IMG/VR virus record: IMGVR_UViG_3300011955_000032
Span: 1-64,000 of that record
DNA from: an uncultured virus (IMG/VR IMGVR_UViG_3300011955_000032)
Taxonomy: Duplodnaviria; Heunggongvirae; Uroviricota; Caudoviricetes
DNA length: 64,000 nt
Reading direction: 5' to 3' (one strand)
A program made the position numbers and the translations under genes. The notes under the pieces were generated by a model. It was not told the origin of the DNA. It was given only the letters and a program-made list of their open reading frames with translations, and searched no databases. Below, in pieces: positions 35,527 to 45,626 of this stretch. Each line of letters opens with the position of its first letter. The stretch's first letter is position 1.

Positions 35527-37734
35527 ATGCAAGCCACCACCAACCATGGGGGCCTGCTGGCCCAGCAGCACGACGACAGCGGCGAGCCCCAGCGCGACCT
35601 GCGCGCCGAGTTCGTCCTGACGCTCCTGTCCAAGCGCCGCGAGGCCATTGCCGGCCGTGCCGGCTCGGGTATCGAGGAGGAGTGGACCGAGGACGAAGAG
35701 CACTACCAGGGCATCGACGACGCCAATCGCAATTTCCAGAATGCCAACCAGCTGTACCGCAGCAGGAAGGCCTCCATCATCGGCGGCCAGCCCAGGCAGC
35801 AGGGCCCGGCCCGGTCGGTGGTGTTCCTGAACATCACACGCCCCTACACCGATGCGGCCAGCGCGCGCGTGGCGGACATGCTGCTGCCCACGGATGACAG
35901 GGCCTGGGAGATCAAGCCGACGCCTCTGCCGCGCCTGAGCGGGCCGCAGCTGACCATGCTGGCCCAGGCCATGGGCGCCACGGACCCCGCCGCTGTGCAC
36001 GCGCAGATGGCGGCCCAGGCGGGCCAGGCCAAGGAAGCCGCCGAGCGCATGCAGCAGGCCATCGAGGACCCGCTGGTGGAAAGCAACTGGCATGGCGAGG
36101 TGCGCCAGGTCATCGAGGACTCCGCGCGCATCGGCTCCGGCGTGCTCAAGGGTCCATTCCCCATCACCCGCACGGCGCGCATGACCCGGAAAGACCCAGC
36201 CACGGGCCTGACCGAGTTCATCAAGGTGGACGAGATCAAGCCCGGCTCCAAGCGCATCGACGTCTGGAACTTCTTCCCGGACCCGTCCTGCGGAGAGAAC
36301 ATCCATAACGGCAGCTACACCTGGGAGCGCGAGCACATCGGCCGGCGCCAGATCAAGGTGATGCTGGCCGATGAAAGCTATGACCGGGCGGAGCTGCTGG
36401 CCGCGCTGCGCGAAGGCCCGGCCCGCACCCGGGAAGGCACGGAAGCCGTCTACCGGCCGGGCGAGGACGAGTTCGAGATGTGGATCTTCTACGGTCATTG
36501 CGCCCGCGAACACTTGGCGCGCCTGGGTGTGGAGATGGAGGAGGCCGACGAGGACCGCGTGCCCACCATGGCGGTGATGATCAATGACCGCCTGGTCAAG
36601 GTCGTGCTCAGCCCCCAGGAGGATGGCGAGTTTCCCTATGACGTGCTGGCTTGGCAGCGCCGCCCTGGCATGCCCTGGGGTGTCGGCATCAGCCGGCAGG
36701 TGCGCACGGCACAGCGCATGCTCAACGGCGCGGCCCGCGCCATGATGGACAACGCTGGCCTTTCGGCCTCGCCGCAGATCGTCATCGGAAACGGGATCAC
36801 ACCCCAGGACGGCAACTATGGGTTGCGTCCCGGCAAGGTCTGGCGCGCCGAAGCCGATGCGGACGCCTCCGACGTGCGCGCCGCCTTCAATGCCTTCGTC
36901 GTGCCCAGCGTGCAGGCCCCGCTGATGAACATCATCAACTTCGCCCTGAAGATGGCCGAGGACACCACGGGCATGCCAGCCATGCTGCAGGGCATCCGCG
37001 GCGATGCACCCAACACCCTGGGCGGCATGCAGATGCAGAACAACAACGCCACCAGCGTGCTGCGGCGCCTGGCCAAGCGGTTCGACGACTACATGACCCG
37101 GCCCCACATCCAGCGGTACTTCGACTGGATGATGACCTACTCGGACGACGAGTCCATCAAGGGCGACTTCCAGATCGACGTGCGCGCCTCCTCTGCGCTG
37201 GTCGAGCGCGACGCCCAACAGCAGTTCCTGATGACGCTGCTTCAGGTGTCGGCCAATCCCATCTACGAGCTGGACCCGGCCAAGCTGGCGGCCGAGCTGT
37301 GCAAGGGCCAGCGCCTGGACCCCACCAACTTCCAGTACACGGATGAGCAGAAGGCTCAGCGCGCCCAGCAGGGCCAGGACCCGACGCTGCAGGCCAAGGC
37401 CCAACTGCTGGCCGCCCAGGCTCGCAAGGCCGATGCCGACGCCACCAACACCGGCATGGAGACGTTGTACAGCGGCGTGCAGACCGGCCAGCTCATTTCG
37501 ATGAACCCGGCCGTGGCCACGCTCGCCGATGGCTTGGCCAGGTCGGTGGGCTTCCAGGACCAGGATGCCGCGCCCATCGTGCCGCAGGGAGGCTGGATCA
37601 CGCCCCAGCAGCAGCCCGACCCTGGCGCCATGCCCAACAACACCGACCCGCTGACGCCGCTGCGCCCGGACAGCCCGCTGCTGGGCGTGCGCCAGGGCAT
37701 CGAGACGCCCGCCGCTGACGGCGCGCGGGGCTGA
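35527..37734 (+). CDS. Portal protein (P22-like podoviral type)
   Basis: 735 aa after terL; FFPDP, PWGVGI, TLGGMQM, KGDFQIDVR. Confidence 0.85.
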   Translation: MQATTNHGGLLAQQHDDSGEPQRDLRAEFVLTLLSKRREAIAGRAGSGIEEEWTEDEEHYQGIDDANRNFQNANQLYRSRKASIIGGQPRQQGPARSVVFLNITRPYTDAASARVADMLLPTDDRAWEIKPTPLPRLSGPQLTMLAQAMGATDPAAVHAQMAAQAGQAKEAAERMQQAIEDPLVESNWHGEVRQVIEDSARIGSGVLKGPFPITRTARMTRKDPATGLTEFIKVDEIKPGSKRIDVWNFFPDPSCGENIHNGSYTWEREHIGRRQIKVMLADESYDRAELLAALREGPARTREGTEAVYRPGEDEFEMWIFYGHCAREHLARLGVEMEEADEDRVPTMAVMINDRLVKVVLSPQEDGEFPYDVLAWQRRPGMPWGVGISRQVRTAQRMLNGAARAMMDNAGLSASPQIVIGNGITPQDGNYGLRPGKVWRAEADADASDVRAAFNAFVVPSVQAPLMNIINFALKMAEDTTGMPAMLQGIRGDAPNTLGGMQMQNNNATSVLRRLAKRFDDYMTRPHIQRYFDWMMTYSDDESIKGDFQIDVRASSALVERDAQQQFLMTLLQVSANPIYELDPAKLAAELCKGQRLDPTNFQYTDEQKAQRAQQGQDPTLQAKAQLLAAQARKADADATNTGMETLYSGVQTGQLISMNPAVATLADGLARSVGFQDQDAAPIVPQGGWITPQQQPDPGAMPNNTDPLTPLRPDSPLLGVRQGIETPAADGARG

Positions 37735-37736
37735 CC

Positions 37737-37777
37737 CCCGGCCAGGGTTCGTCATAGGCGCGGCTTCCCGGAACACT
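37737..37777 (+). promoter_or_regulatory. Late promoter motif, copy 2
   Basis: CCC GGCCA GGGTTCG-N20-AACACT-N7-ATG. Confidence 0.75.
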
Positions 37778-37784
37778 GGATGCC

Positions 37785-38006
37785 ATGACAAACCCGGGCC
37801 TGGACTTCACCTCACCGACATGGCGCGCCATCGAGCGCCATGCCAACGCGCAGATCGACACCCTGCGCAAGAAGAACGACAGCCCAACCATGGACGCGCT
37901 GCGCACCACCGAACTGCGTGGGCGCATCGCGGCCTGGAAAGAACTGCTTGCGCTGGCCCCGTCAGCCCAGGCACAACCCGCCGACGCTGGTGGCGAGAGC
38001 TACTGA
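37785..38006 (+). CDS. Small head-module protein
   Basis: SPTWRAI...LRKKND...TTELRGRIAAWKELL. Confidence 0.75.
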   Translation: MTNPGLDFTSPTWRAIERHANAQIDTLRKKNDSPTMDALRTTELRGRIAAWKELLALAPSAQAQPADAGGESY

Positions 38007-38037
38007 CCTTGGCATGACACACAGGAGTGCATGACGC

Positions 38038-38997
38038 ATGGATCCGCAACAACAGCAGGAACAGGCGCAGGAGCGGGCAGCTTTCGAGCAGGCCTTTGCC
38101 AGCGTGACCGGAACGGAGCCGCCGCCGGCCCCCGCCGCAGCATCTTCGGATGCCTCGGCCGAGGCTGGCGCAGCGCCCGCGCCGGCACCTGCAGAAGCCA
38201 CCGCATCTGCGCCCGCAGTCGCAGCGCCTCACGCCAGCGATGCACCACAGGACGGCGCCGACGCTCCGCCCGCTCCCGAGGGGAAGCAAGCCCAGCCGGG
38301 GCAGGGGGGCACCGATGACGACCCGGTGGTGTTCGAAGGCTACAAGCGCAGCGAGCTGCAGCGCCTGCTGGGCAGCGCCGCCAAGGTGGATTCCCTCGAA
38401 CAGCAACTGCGCAAGGCCAACGGCAAGATCGGCGAACTCAACAGCCGCATCCAGGCCCCGGCACCTGCAGCAGCCCCGACGCCGGCACCGGCGCCCGAGC
38501 TGCCCCCGGAGTTGCAGCAGTTCGAGAAGGACTATCCCGACGTTGCCAACTACGTCCGTGCCCTGGGCATCACGCCCCAGCAACAACGCCAGGAAGCCCC
38601 GCCGGCTCCCGTGCAGCAGCCCGTGGCCACGGGTGGCGAGCACACAGCCCCGGCCGAGCATGACCCTGCAGCGCTGGAGCTGGCCGTGCTGGACCGCATG
38701 CACACAGGCTGGCGCGACAAGGTGGGCTCGCAGGAATTCAACCTGTGGCTCACCTCGCAGGGGGAGCAGGTGCAGCAGGAGTTCGCGGAAGCGGGCACTG
38801 CTGACAGCCTGGGCGCCGTCATCGGCAAATATGACCAATGGACCGCTGCACGCACCGCCGCCGCCGACAAGGCCGCGAAAGGTCAGCAGCGGCTCAAGGC
38901 TGCCGTGACGCCCAGCGGCAATGCGCCGCGCCCCCAGACCGCGCCTACCGAAATGGACGCAATGGAAGCCGCCTTCAAGGCGGTGCTTGGGCAGTAA
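38038..38997 (+). CDS. Scaffolding protein
   Basis: Acidic, Ala/Pro-rich coiled coil immediately before the capsid gene. Confidence 0.7.
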   Translation: MDPQQQQEQAQERAAFEQAFASVTGTEPPPAPAAASSDASAEAGAAPAPAPAEATASAPAVAAPHASDAPQDGADAPPAPEGKQAQPGQGGTDDDPVVFEGYKRSELQRLLGSAAKVDSLEQQLRKANGKIGELNSRIQAPAPAAAPTPAPAPELPPELQQFEKDYPDVANYVRALGITPQQQRQEAPPAPVQQPVATGGEHTAPAEHDPAALELAVLDRMHTGWRDKVGSQEFNLWLTSQGEQVQQEFAEAGTADSLGAVIGKYDQWTAARTAAADKAAKGQQRLKAAVTPSGNAPRPQTAPTEMDAMEAAFKAVLGQ

Positions 38998-39015
38998 GCC
39001 CGCAAGGAGAGGAAC

Positions 39016-40056
39016 ATGGCTCAATTTCAAACCACCGCGCCACCGGAGCGGATCGGCAAACTCAAGGGCGAAATCCTGGCGCACGCTGTGGCCACGGAAG
39101 TGCTGGGCATCACAGGCCTGCAGCGCGCACTGCCCAAGAACAACGGCCGCACTGTCGTGTATCGCCGCTACCTGCCGTTCGGCGCCGCGAACACGGACTG
39201 GAACACGCGCAACCGCCCAGCGGTCAATGCTGCAGCCCACGAGCTGACCGAAGGCGTCACGCCCACGGCCGACACGCTGGTGCCGCAGGACATCACCGTC
39301 ACCATCAAGCAGTACGGCTGCCTCTACCAGCTCACCGACCAGGTGGTGGACACCTACGAGGATGACGTGCCCGCCGAGATGAAGAAGCACTGCGGTGAGC
39401 GCGTGGGCCTGCTGCGCGAGATGATCCGCTACGGCGTCATCAAGTCCTGCACCAACGTGTTCTACGCTGGCGCCGCCGCGTCCAGCCGCGTCACGGTGTC
39501 GGCCAAGATCACGCTGAACCTGCTGCGCAAGGTCAGCCGCAACCTGCAGGCGAACCACGCCAAGCGGGTGACCGGCATCCTGGCGCCCAGCATCAACATC
39601 GCCACCAAGCCCGTGGAAGCCAGCTACCTGGTCTTCGTGCACACGGACGCCGAGGCCGATATCCGCGACCTGCAGGGCTTCGTGCACGTCAGCGCCTACG
39701 GCAGCCGCAAGCCTGTGCACGCCCAGGAAATCGGCTCCTGCGAGAACTTCCGCTTCATCACCAGCCCCGAACTGGCCCCGTACCTGGCCGCAGGCGCGGA
39801 CGTGGCCAGCACCGGCCTGATGGGCACGGCCAAGGTGGACGTCTACCCGTTCATCATGGTCGGCGAGGAAGCCTGGGGCCAGTTGGCACTGCGTGGCGCC
39901 GACTCCATCGATCCGACCTACATCCCGCCCGGGGTGAAGGACAAGAGCGACCCGCTGGGCCAGCGCGGCTACGTGGGCGCCAAGTTCTACATGCAGTGCA
40001 TGCTGCTGAACGAGGGCTGGATGGCCGTCGTGGAGGCTGGTGTCTCCGCCCTGTAA
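39016..40056 (+). CDS. Major capsid protein (N4-gp56 family)
   Basis: LPKNNGRTVVYRRY, LTEGVTP, KQYG, DPLGQRGYVGAKFY, LLNEGWM. Confidence 0.92.
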   Translation: MAQFQTTAPPERIGKLKGEILAHAVATEVLGITGLQRALPKNNGRTVVYRRYLPFGAANTDWNTRNRPAVNAAAHELTEGVTPTADTLVPQDITVTIKQYGCLYQLTDQVVDTYEDDVPAEMKKHCGERVGLLREMIRYGVIKSCTNVFYAGAAASSRVTVSAKITLNLLRKVSRNLQANHAKRVTGILAPSINIATKPVEASYLVFVHTDAEADIRDLQGFVHVSAYGSRKPVHAQEIGSCENFRFITSPELAPYLAAGADVASTGLMGTAKVDVYPFIMVGEEAWGQLALRGADSIDPTYIPPGVKDKSDPLGQRGYVGAKFYMQCMLLNEGWMAVVEAGVSAL

Positions 40057-40150
40057 GGGCCGGCCCGCAGCCTGACGGTTCAGGCGACGGGTTCATACGG
40101 GTGGCGGGCGCATCGCCTGCCACCTTCTCCAACCTCAACGAGACATTCAC

Positions 40151-40606
40151 ATGGCAACACGCAGACAAATTGACGCCGGCGCCGAGTACCTGGGCCCCGA
40201 AGACACGCGCACCCTGGGTGAAATCGGCGGCCACGGCGGCATCGACGTGGTGGACAAGCCCCTGCCCATCGGCGCTCTGGAGATGGAGGCCTTCATGAAC
40301 GAGATGGTCACCATCGTGGTCAACCCGTCGCAGGACCCCGACGACCCCAAGCTCGTACAGGTCGGCGTCAACGGCGTGAACCAGTTCATCCCTCGTGGCC
40401 GGCCTATCCCGGTCAAGCGCAAGTACATCGAGGTGCTGGCCCGCGCCAAGCGCACCGACTTCGGCCAGACGCTGGACGAGCGCTTGGGCGAGGCAATGAA
40501 CCACCTGCATCCCATGCACAGCCTGCGCTTTCCCTTCAGCGTGGTGCGCGATGCGAATCCGTACGGCGGGGACTGGCTGATCGGCGTGCTTGCCGAGGCC
40601 CGCTGA
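40151..40606 (+). CDS. Conserved head-module protein
   Basis: EAFMNEMVTI, VGVNG...IPRG...VKRKYIEVLARAK. Confidence 0.75.
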   Translation: MATRRQIDAGAEYLGPEDTRTLGEIGGHGGIDVVDKPLPIGALEMEAFMNEMVTIVVNPSQDPDDPKLVQVGVNGVNQFIPRGRPIPVKRKYIEVLARAKRTDFGQTLDERLGEAMNHLHPMHSLRFPFSVVRDANPYGGDWLIGVLAEAR

Positions 40607-40625
40607 TCCAACGCTGAGGCCAGCC

Positions 40626-41303
40626 ATGACCCTCGACGACCTGATCAAGCAGTACCGGGCCGACTCCATGGACGAGGCCAGGGCTACTGGCGGCGGCGAT
40701 ACCGATGTGTTCTGCAGCGATGAGCTGCTGACCATCTACGCCAACGAGGCCCAGGTTGAAGCCTGCCGCCGTGGCCAGCTCCTGCGCGATTCGGTCTCGC
40801 CCATGTGCCGCATCGCCTTCCTGGCCGGCGCAGAGACGGTGGACCTGGACAGCAGGGTGGTGCGCATCCTGCGCGCCTTCATCAACGGGCAGGAGGTCTG
40901 CGAGATCTCGGTGGACGAGATGGACTGCTACCACCCTGGATGGCAGTTCCAGGAGCGCCAGGACGTGCCGCAGCGCCTGGTGGCCGGCATGACCACGGGC
41001 AAGCTGCACCTGTGGCCCAGGCCTGCAGCAGACGGTGAGCTGCGCCTGACCGTGCAGCGGCTGCCGCTCAAGCCCATGCGCACGTGCGTGGACAAGCCCG
41101 AGATCCGGCCCGAGCTGCACTTCGCCCTGGTGCACTGGATGTTGTACCGGGCCTATGGCCGCGAGGACACCGACATGCACAACGACGCCAAGGCCGCCGT
41201 GGCCCTGGCCAAGTTCGAAGCGGAGTTCGGGCGCAAGGCCAGCGGGCGCAATGAAGAGTGGGTGCGCTCGCGCGAGGTGGGTGTGCCGGGGCCGCTGGCT
41301 TGA
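40626..41303 (+). CDS. Head-tail adaptor-like protein
   Basis: MTLDDLI..YR, YANEAQVEACRR, LWPRP, PEIRPELHFALVHW. Confidence 0.7.
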   Translation: MTLDDLIKQYRADSMDEARATGGGDTDVFCSDELLTIYANEAQVEACRRGQLLRDSVSPMCRIAFLAGAETVDLDSRVVRILRAFINGQEVCEISVDEMDCYHPGWQFQERQDVPQRLVAGMTTGKLHLWPRPAADGELRLTVQRLPLKPMRTCVDKPEIRPELHFALVHWMLYRAYGREDTDMHNDAKAAVALAKFEAEFGRKASGRNEEWVRSREVGVPGPLA

Positions 41304-41319
41304 TGAGCCCCCAAAGCTT

Positions 41320-41739
41320 TTACACAGGGCCCATCGCCTCAAGGATTAGGCGGTACGATTTCTCAAGGCCAGTGATTCGAAAGCCCGAAGGTAGTGGCGT
41401 ATCAAGCCTGAACATACTGTGCCAAGCAGATCCCTCTTCAACCAGGAAATCCGGTGGCGCGTCCGGAAACTGATCTGCAGTTAGATCTACAACCAAGCTC
41501 CCCCGCTGCAACCACGCATGGCCTCTCAATGTCTGGTCATGAACATCGCCACGGTATCCGGACACGTAGGAAAATCCTTGAATTCCTGTGTCCTGTAGAA
41601 ATGCGCCAAATAATCTGGAAGTGTCCCCGCAAGCACCTAACGGAAATTGCTGCATACCTAATGCCAATTCGTGTGGCGGGACTCGCAGAATTGCATTTTT
41701 AAAAACTCGGGCCATGGCACGGATTTTTTCAGTATCCAA
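41320..41739 (-). CDS. Antisense moron with a transglutaminase/papain-like Cys-His-Asp triad
   Basis: FPLGACGDTS, GHAWL, VVDLTADQF; TTG start with AAGGGGA RBS; AT-richer. Confidence 0.7.
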   Translation of the reverse strand: MDTEKIRAMARVFKNAILRVPPHELALGMQQFPLGACGDTSRLFGAFLQDTGIQGFSYVSGYRGDVHDQTLRGHAWLQRGSLVVDLTADQFPDAPPDFLVEEGSAWHSMFRLDTPLPSGFRITGLEKSYRLILEAMGPV

Positions 41740-41785
41740 ACTTTTCCCCTTGATGGTTAAGCTAAGGTTGCATTGATGTTGACAC

Positions 41786-41826
41786 CCCCACTGGGGTTCG
41801 ACGCGCCGACAGCATATCCGCACACT
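41786..41826 (+). promoter_or_regulatory. Late promoter motif, copy 3
   Basis: CCC CACTG GGGTTCG-N20-CACACT; the downstream gene has its own AAGGA RBS. Confidence 0.7.
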
Positions 41827-41854
41827 GCCATGAGCAACTCCGCAAGGAACACTC

Positions 41855-43864
41855 ATGGCAACGAATCCTCTTCTCGAAGCTGCGCAGCGGCGTGATGCGC
41901 AGGCTGCGGCGCGTGCGCAGCCCGGCCGCGCTCGGCAGACCAATCCCCTCGTCGAAGCTGCAGGCCTGTCCGGCGGCATGGTGCGCGGCCCAGGCACTGG
42001 CACCAGCGACTCGATCCCGGCACGGCTTTCCCATGGCGAATACGTGCTGCCCGCTGACACGGTGGCTGCGGTGGGCCAGGGTGCGCTGGATCAGCTGCGG
42101 GCGGCCACGCACACTCCCGTGCAGCGCTACGCCGACGGTGGTCTCGTGGATGATCCGGGCGCCGTCACGCGCGTAGGCAACAGCTACAGCGGCATGGATG
42201 TGCGCGGCAACGTCACGATCAACGGCCAGGCGCCGGGCGGCACCTTCAACGAGAACCCCGGTATGCGCTCGACTCCCATGGCGGCGGGGATGGCTTCTGC
42301 TGGTATCGGTGCGGCCTCTTCGCCATCGGCAGCGGCCGCGCCTGCCCCGGGCACAGCAGCATCCAACCCGGGCCTCACGCCCTCGTCTCCGACAGACTGG
42401 ATCGGTCGCAACGCCCAGCGCAGCCTGGAGGTGACAGCCAGCTCCATCATGCCCAGCCGCGCGCGCGACGATGCTCAGGCTCAGTTGGGCCTGACGGCCA
42501 AGCCGCCCGGCGCACCACCCCAGGGTGACGACCTCATGGCACCGGACGCACCTGGCCTTCCCGGCCGCCGTCCCATGCCGTCCTTTGGCTCGCCCGCTGT
42601 ACCCTCTCGGCCGGCTTTCGGCGCCCAGCAGCCGCGAGGCTATGCAGACGGCGGCCTGGTCGAGGACGAGCGCCGCCGCGCTGCCCTGATCAACCAGATT
42701 CCGACGGATGGGCAGCGGCAGGCCCCCCTTGCTGACGGCTCCCAGAGCAACCCGCTGAACAACGACTTCGGCCGCAACCTGGCCGCGCTGCCCAGTGCTG
42801 GCGGCATCCCTGGCGCTGCGCTGCGCGGTACCGGCCTGGTGGCCCGGGCCTTCGGCGCCTCGCAGCCCGCCATGTCGGGGATAGGCCAAGTCGCCCAAGC
42901 TGCCGCACCCTATGCGCCCGTTGTTGGCGGCGGTGCTCTCCTGGCCGGGGCAGCCAACAGCAGCACCCCGGCCGTAGCACGTGCACCCGCTGCGCCGCGC
43001 ATGTCGTCCAATCCGCTTGTGCAGACCACCTTTGACAGCACTACGCCGGCGAGCGCTGCCGCACCTCGCGTCGTTGCGGCCACTTCCAGCGATGGAGCGA
43101 TCAGCCCCCAGAGCCAGCAGGCCGCCCGTGGCTTGGCTTCCTATGCGTCCGAGCCGCCGCCCGCCATGGGGCAAAACCGCATCCCCCTCATAGAAGCCGC
43201 CGGCATCCGCCACAGCGGCAACGACTGGCAGGCCCGCAACGACCTGCGCAATGCTGCCGTCTCCGCCAGCTCCATCATGAACACGCGGGACTGGGGCGGT
43301 AATGGCGCCGAGAACAGCCCAGCAATGCAGGAGTACCGGGCCATGCTGGCCACGGACCAGGCGCTGCGCCAGGCCGACCCAGGCCTACAGGCAGAGGGCA
43401 TGCGCCAGGGCAATGCTCTGGTGCGCGCAGCCATGGAGCAGCAGGGACAGAACCAGCGCGCCGGCATGCAGGCCGGGCTGTCGCAGCAGAAGCTGGACAT
43501 GGACCGCGAGACACAGGGATACACGAACCGCACGAACCGGCTGGTGGAGGCCGCGCGTAATCAGGTGGCCGGGGAGCAGGACCCGGCCAAGCGCCGCAGC
43601 CTGGTGCAGTACATGCGGGACATCGAGGGCGGCACGCCGCAGGCCGATCCGTATCTCGTGGTGCCCGGCGGGCAGCAGGTGGATCCGACCAGCGGCCGGG
43701 CCTACAACACCCCGTCCACGGTGTTCAATCGCCAGAGCGGGCAGTTTGTGCAGCAGCCGGCGCAGGCGGGTTCGCGGCAAGCGCCGGCCGCTGGCACGGT
43801 TGAGGGCGGATGGAAGTTCCGAGGTGGTGACCCGTCCGACCAACGGAACTGGGAGCGAGCTTAG
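41855..43864 (+). CDS. Internal virion / DNA ejection protein
   Basis: GGMVRGPGTGTSDSIPARLSHGEYV, YADGGLV twice, C-terminal WKFRGGDP..NW; Ala/Gly/Gln-rich. Confidence 0.65.
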   Translation: MATNPLLEAAQRRDAQAAARAQPGRARQTNPLVEAAGLSGGMVRGPGTGTSDSIPARLSHGEYVLPADTVAAVGQGALDQLRAATHTPVQRYADGGLVDDPGAVTRVGNSYSGMDVRGNVTINGQAPGGTFNENPGMRSTPMAAGMASAGIGAASSPSAAAAPAPGTAASNPGLTPSSPTDWIGRNAQRSLEVTASSIMPSRARDDAQAQLGLTAKPPGAPPQGDDLMAPDAPGLPGRRPMPSFGSPAVPSRPAFGAQQPRGYADGGLVEDERRRAALINQIPTDGQRQAPLADGSQSNPLNNDFGRNLAALPSAGGIPGAALRGTGLVARAFGASQPAMSGIGQVAQAAAPYAPVVGGGALLAGAANSSTPAVARAPAAPRMSSNPLVQTTFDSTTPASAAAPRVVAATSSDGAISPQSQQAARGLASYASEPPPAMGQNRIPLIEAAGIRHSGNDWQARNDLRNAAVSASSIMNTRDWGGNGAENSPAMQEYRAMLATDQALRQADPGLQAEGMRQGNALVRAAMEQQGQNQRAGMQAGLSQQKLDMDRETQGYTNRTNRLVEAARNQVAGEQDPAKRRSLVQYMRDIEGGTPQADPYLVVPGGQQVDPTSGRAYNTPSTVFNRQSGQFVQQPAQAGSRQAPAAGTVEGGWKFRGGDPSDQRNWERA

Positions 43865-44196
43865 GGCTTGGCCTTGTACTGGTTCCAGGGGCCGTCTTCG
43901 TCATACAGCCGCCTGCACGCCATCCCAATCAGCTCCGCTGCCCGGTTGCTGCGCGTGTCCCCCGCCTTCTTCGCTGTGCACTCTGGCCCGGACTTGAACC
44001 CCAGCATGCCCCGGCCATCTCCCTGGGGCACGGCCTGAATCCCGCCCGGGTGCTCAGCGCTGCAGACTTGGAATACCGCCTGGGCCGCGACATCGTTCTG
44101 CGTGCCCGGGAGCTTGTCCAGCAGGCAGGTGGCCATGTTGGCGGCAAGGGCCGGGGCGGCGAGGAGTAGGGCTGGGAGGAAGAGGGTGGGGCGCAT
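43861..44196 (-). CDS. Antisense moron: exported four-cysteine protein
   Basis: Signal peptide MRPTLFLPALLLAAPALA; two C-x20-C helical repeats; extended -10 TGCTACAGT 7 nt before the ATG. Confidence 0.75.
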   Translation of the reverse strand: MRPTLFLPALLLAAPALAANMATCLLDKLPGTQNDVAAQAVFQVCSAEHPGGIQAVPQGDGRGMLGFKSGPECTAKKAGDTRSNRAAELIGMACRRLYDEDGPWNQYKAKP

Positions 44197-44271
44197 GTAG
44201 GGGACTGTAGCAGCCACGCATCGCCAATTCCGCGCCATTGGACAACGCAAGCAATCCGCTAAACTTCGCAT

Positions 44272-45015
44272 ATGGCTAAGAAACCAGACTGGGACTACGC
44301 ACTACGGATTCGAGGGGTAACCCTGAAGACGTTGCCCGTTGCTGTCTTGGCCGAATACCTGAAGGAATTCGCGGCTCTCCTCGGAGAGGAGGCAAAGCCC
44401 GTCCTTGATGGAATCGTCAAGGGAAGCGTCATCGTTCGAGTCAAGCAGGCTGGCAACCACCCGGCCTACACCCGGAATAGAATTAAACACGCTGCGAACG
44501 ATCCGCTGGGTCCTGGCGGTCGAAGTTTCGTGAGAATTGCGGAGCTTATGAGTCGCAATGGCGCAAAGGGGGAGATTGTTGATCGGCAGGAAAATACTGT
44601 CATTGCATTCCCATCGTTTGCGGCAAATGAAGAGCCCGCGGAGGAAATTACGATTTCTGAAGAGGGTAGCTTGGACGGCAAGGTCGTTGGCATCAGCGGC
44701 GCCGATGACACTGTTCATCTGAGGCTTCTGGACAAGGGCGGCAGTGAGTATCGTATTGTTCTGCGAGACATCTCAATGGCCCAAGACCTCGCCAAGAGAT
44801 TTCGCTCTGACGTGGTCCGAGTGCATGTGCACGGGACTTGGCGCAGAACAGCAGATGGGAAGTGGACCCCTCACGCGGTTTATGCGGATCGCGTTGAAGT
44901 CCTTGACACGACGTCGGCAAAGACGGTGTTTAATGAGCTACGCTCCATAAAGACCGGGTGGTCAGATATGGTCGATCCAATTAAAGAGCTGGCGGATATC
45001 AGGGAGAACGGATGA
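44272..45015 (+). CDS. Moron protein with a possible C-terminal OB-like fold; partner of the PIN gene
   Basis: LAEYLKEFAALLG...IVKGS; EEGSLDGKVVGISGADDTVHLRL; TAAACT -10 six nt before the ATG. Confidence 0.7.
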   Translation: MAKKPDWDYALRIRGVTLKTLPVAVLAEYLKEFAALLGEEAKPVLDGIVKGSVIVRVKQAGNHPAYTRNRIKHAANDPLGPGGRSFVRIAELMSRNGAKGEIVDRQENTVIAFPSFAANEEPAEEITISEEGSLDGKVVGISGADDTVHLRLLDKGGSEYRIVLRDISMAQDLAKRFRSDVVRVHVHGTWRRTADGKWTPHAVYADRVEVLDTTSAKTVFNELRSIKTGWSDMVDPIKELADIRENG

Positions 45016-45608
45016 TCTGTACGCTTGACGCATGCGTCCTTGTTTTGTGGGCCAACACTCATACTGACGAAGGCATGCTCGCCCGTCTTGATCATTTGCT
45101 CGAATCAGTGGCGAAGGCAGATGGTGTTCTTGTGCTGCCCACTCCGGCTATTGGCGAGCTCCTAGTACGGACCGACCAAGGAACTTCCGCTTGGCTGGGG
45201 GCTTTGCAAAAACGCAGTGTTGTCAGAGTGGCTCCTTTTGACCTTCGAGCTGCCACGGAATGCGCAATGATTCACCGACTGGCTGTCAAGGCTGGCGGGA
45301 AAAGGCATGGCACAAAAAGCGGCGAGCACTATCAAAAGATCAAAGTTGATCGTCAGATTGCTGCCATTGCTCGCGTTGCCGGCTCAGATTTGCTTGTCAC
45401 GGATGATGACAACCTGATAGCTGTAGCCCAATTTATTGGCATGCAGGTGACTCGTCCTAGCCAACTGGAGTTGCCATCATCGGCGGCACAAATTGACTTG
45501 GACCTGAAGATCAAAACGGCTCAAGAAGCGAAATCTCCAGAAGCACCAGTGGCAGCGCAGGCAGCCGCCGCGCAGTTGCCGCCAGTCGGTGGCGCTCCAG
45601 CCATCTGA
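45012..45608 (+). CDS. PIN-domain ribonuclease
   Basis: TLDACVLV, LPTPAIGELL, PFDLRAA, VDRQIAAIA, LVTDDDNL; ATGA-coupled. Confidence 0.85.
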   Translation: MICTLDACVLVLWANTHTDEGMLARLDHLLESVAKADGVLVLPTPAIGELLVRTDQGTSAWLGALQKRSVVRVAPFDLRAATECAMIHRLAVKAGGKRHGTKSGEHYQKIKVDRQIAAIARVAGSDLLVTDDDNLIAVAQFIGMQVTRPSQLELPSSAAQIDLDLKIKTAQEAKSPEAPVAAQAAAAQLPPVGGAPAI

Positions 45609-45626
45609 AAAACGCACTCTATGGGA

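Noticed and set aside
34008..39720. Long minus-strand ORFs over terminase, portal and capsid (478, 813 and 637 aa)
   Set aside because: These are shadow frames typical of GC-rich coding DNA; the plus-strand genes carry the recognisable motifs.
41855..42110. Tape measure protein of a long-tailed phage
   Set aside because: The GPGTGTSDSIPA motif also occurs in tape measures, but no major tail or sheath genes are recognisable, and the portal and polyvalent-protein context fits a podovirus ejection protein.
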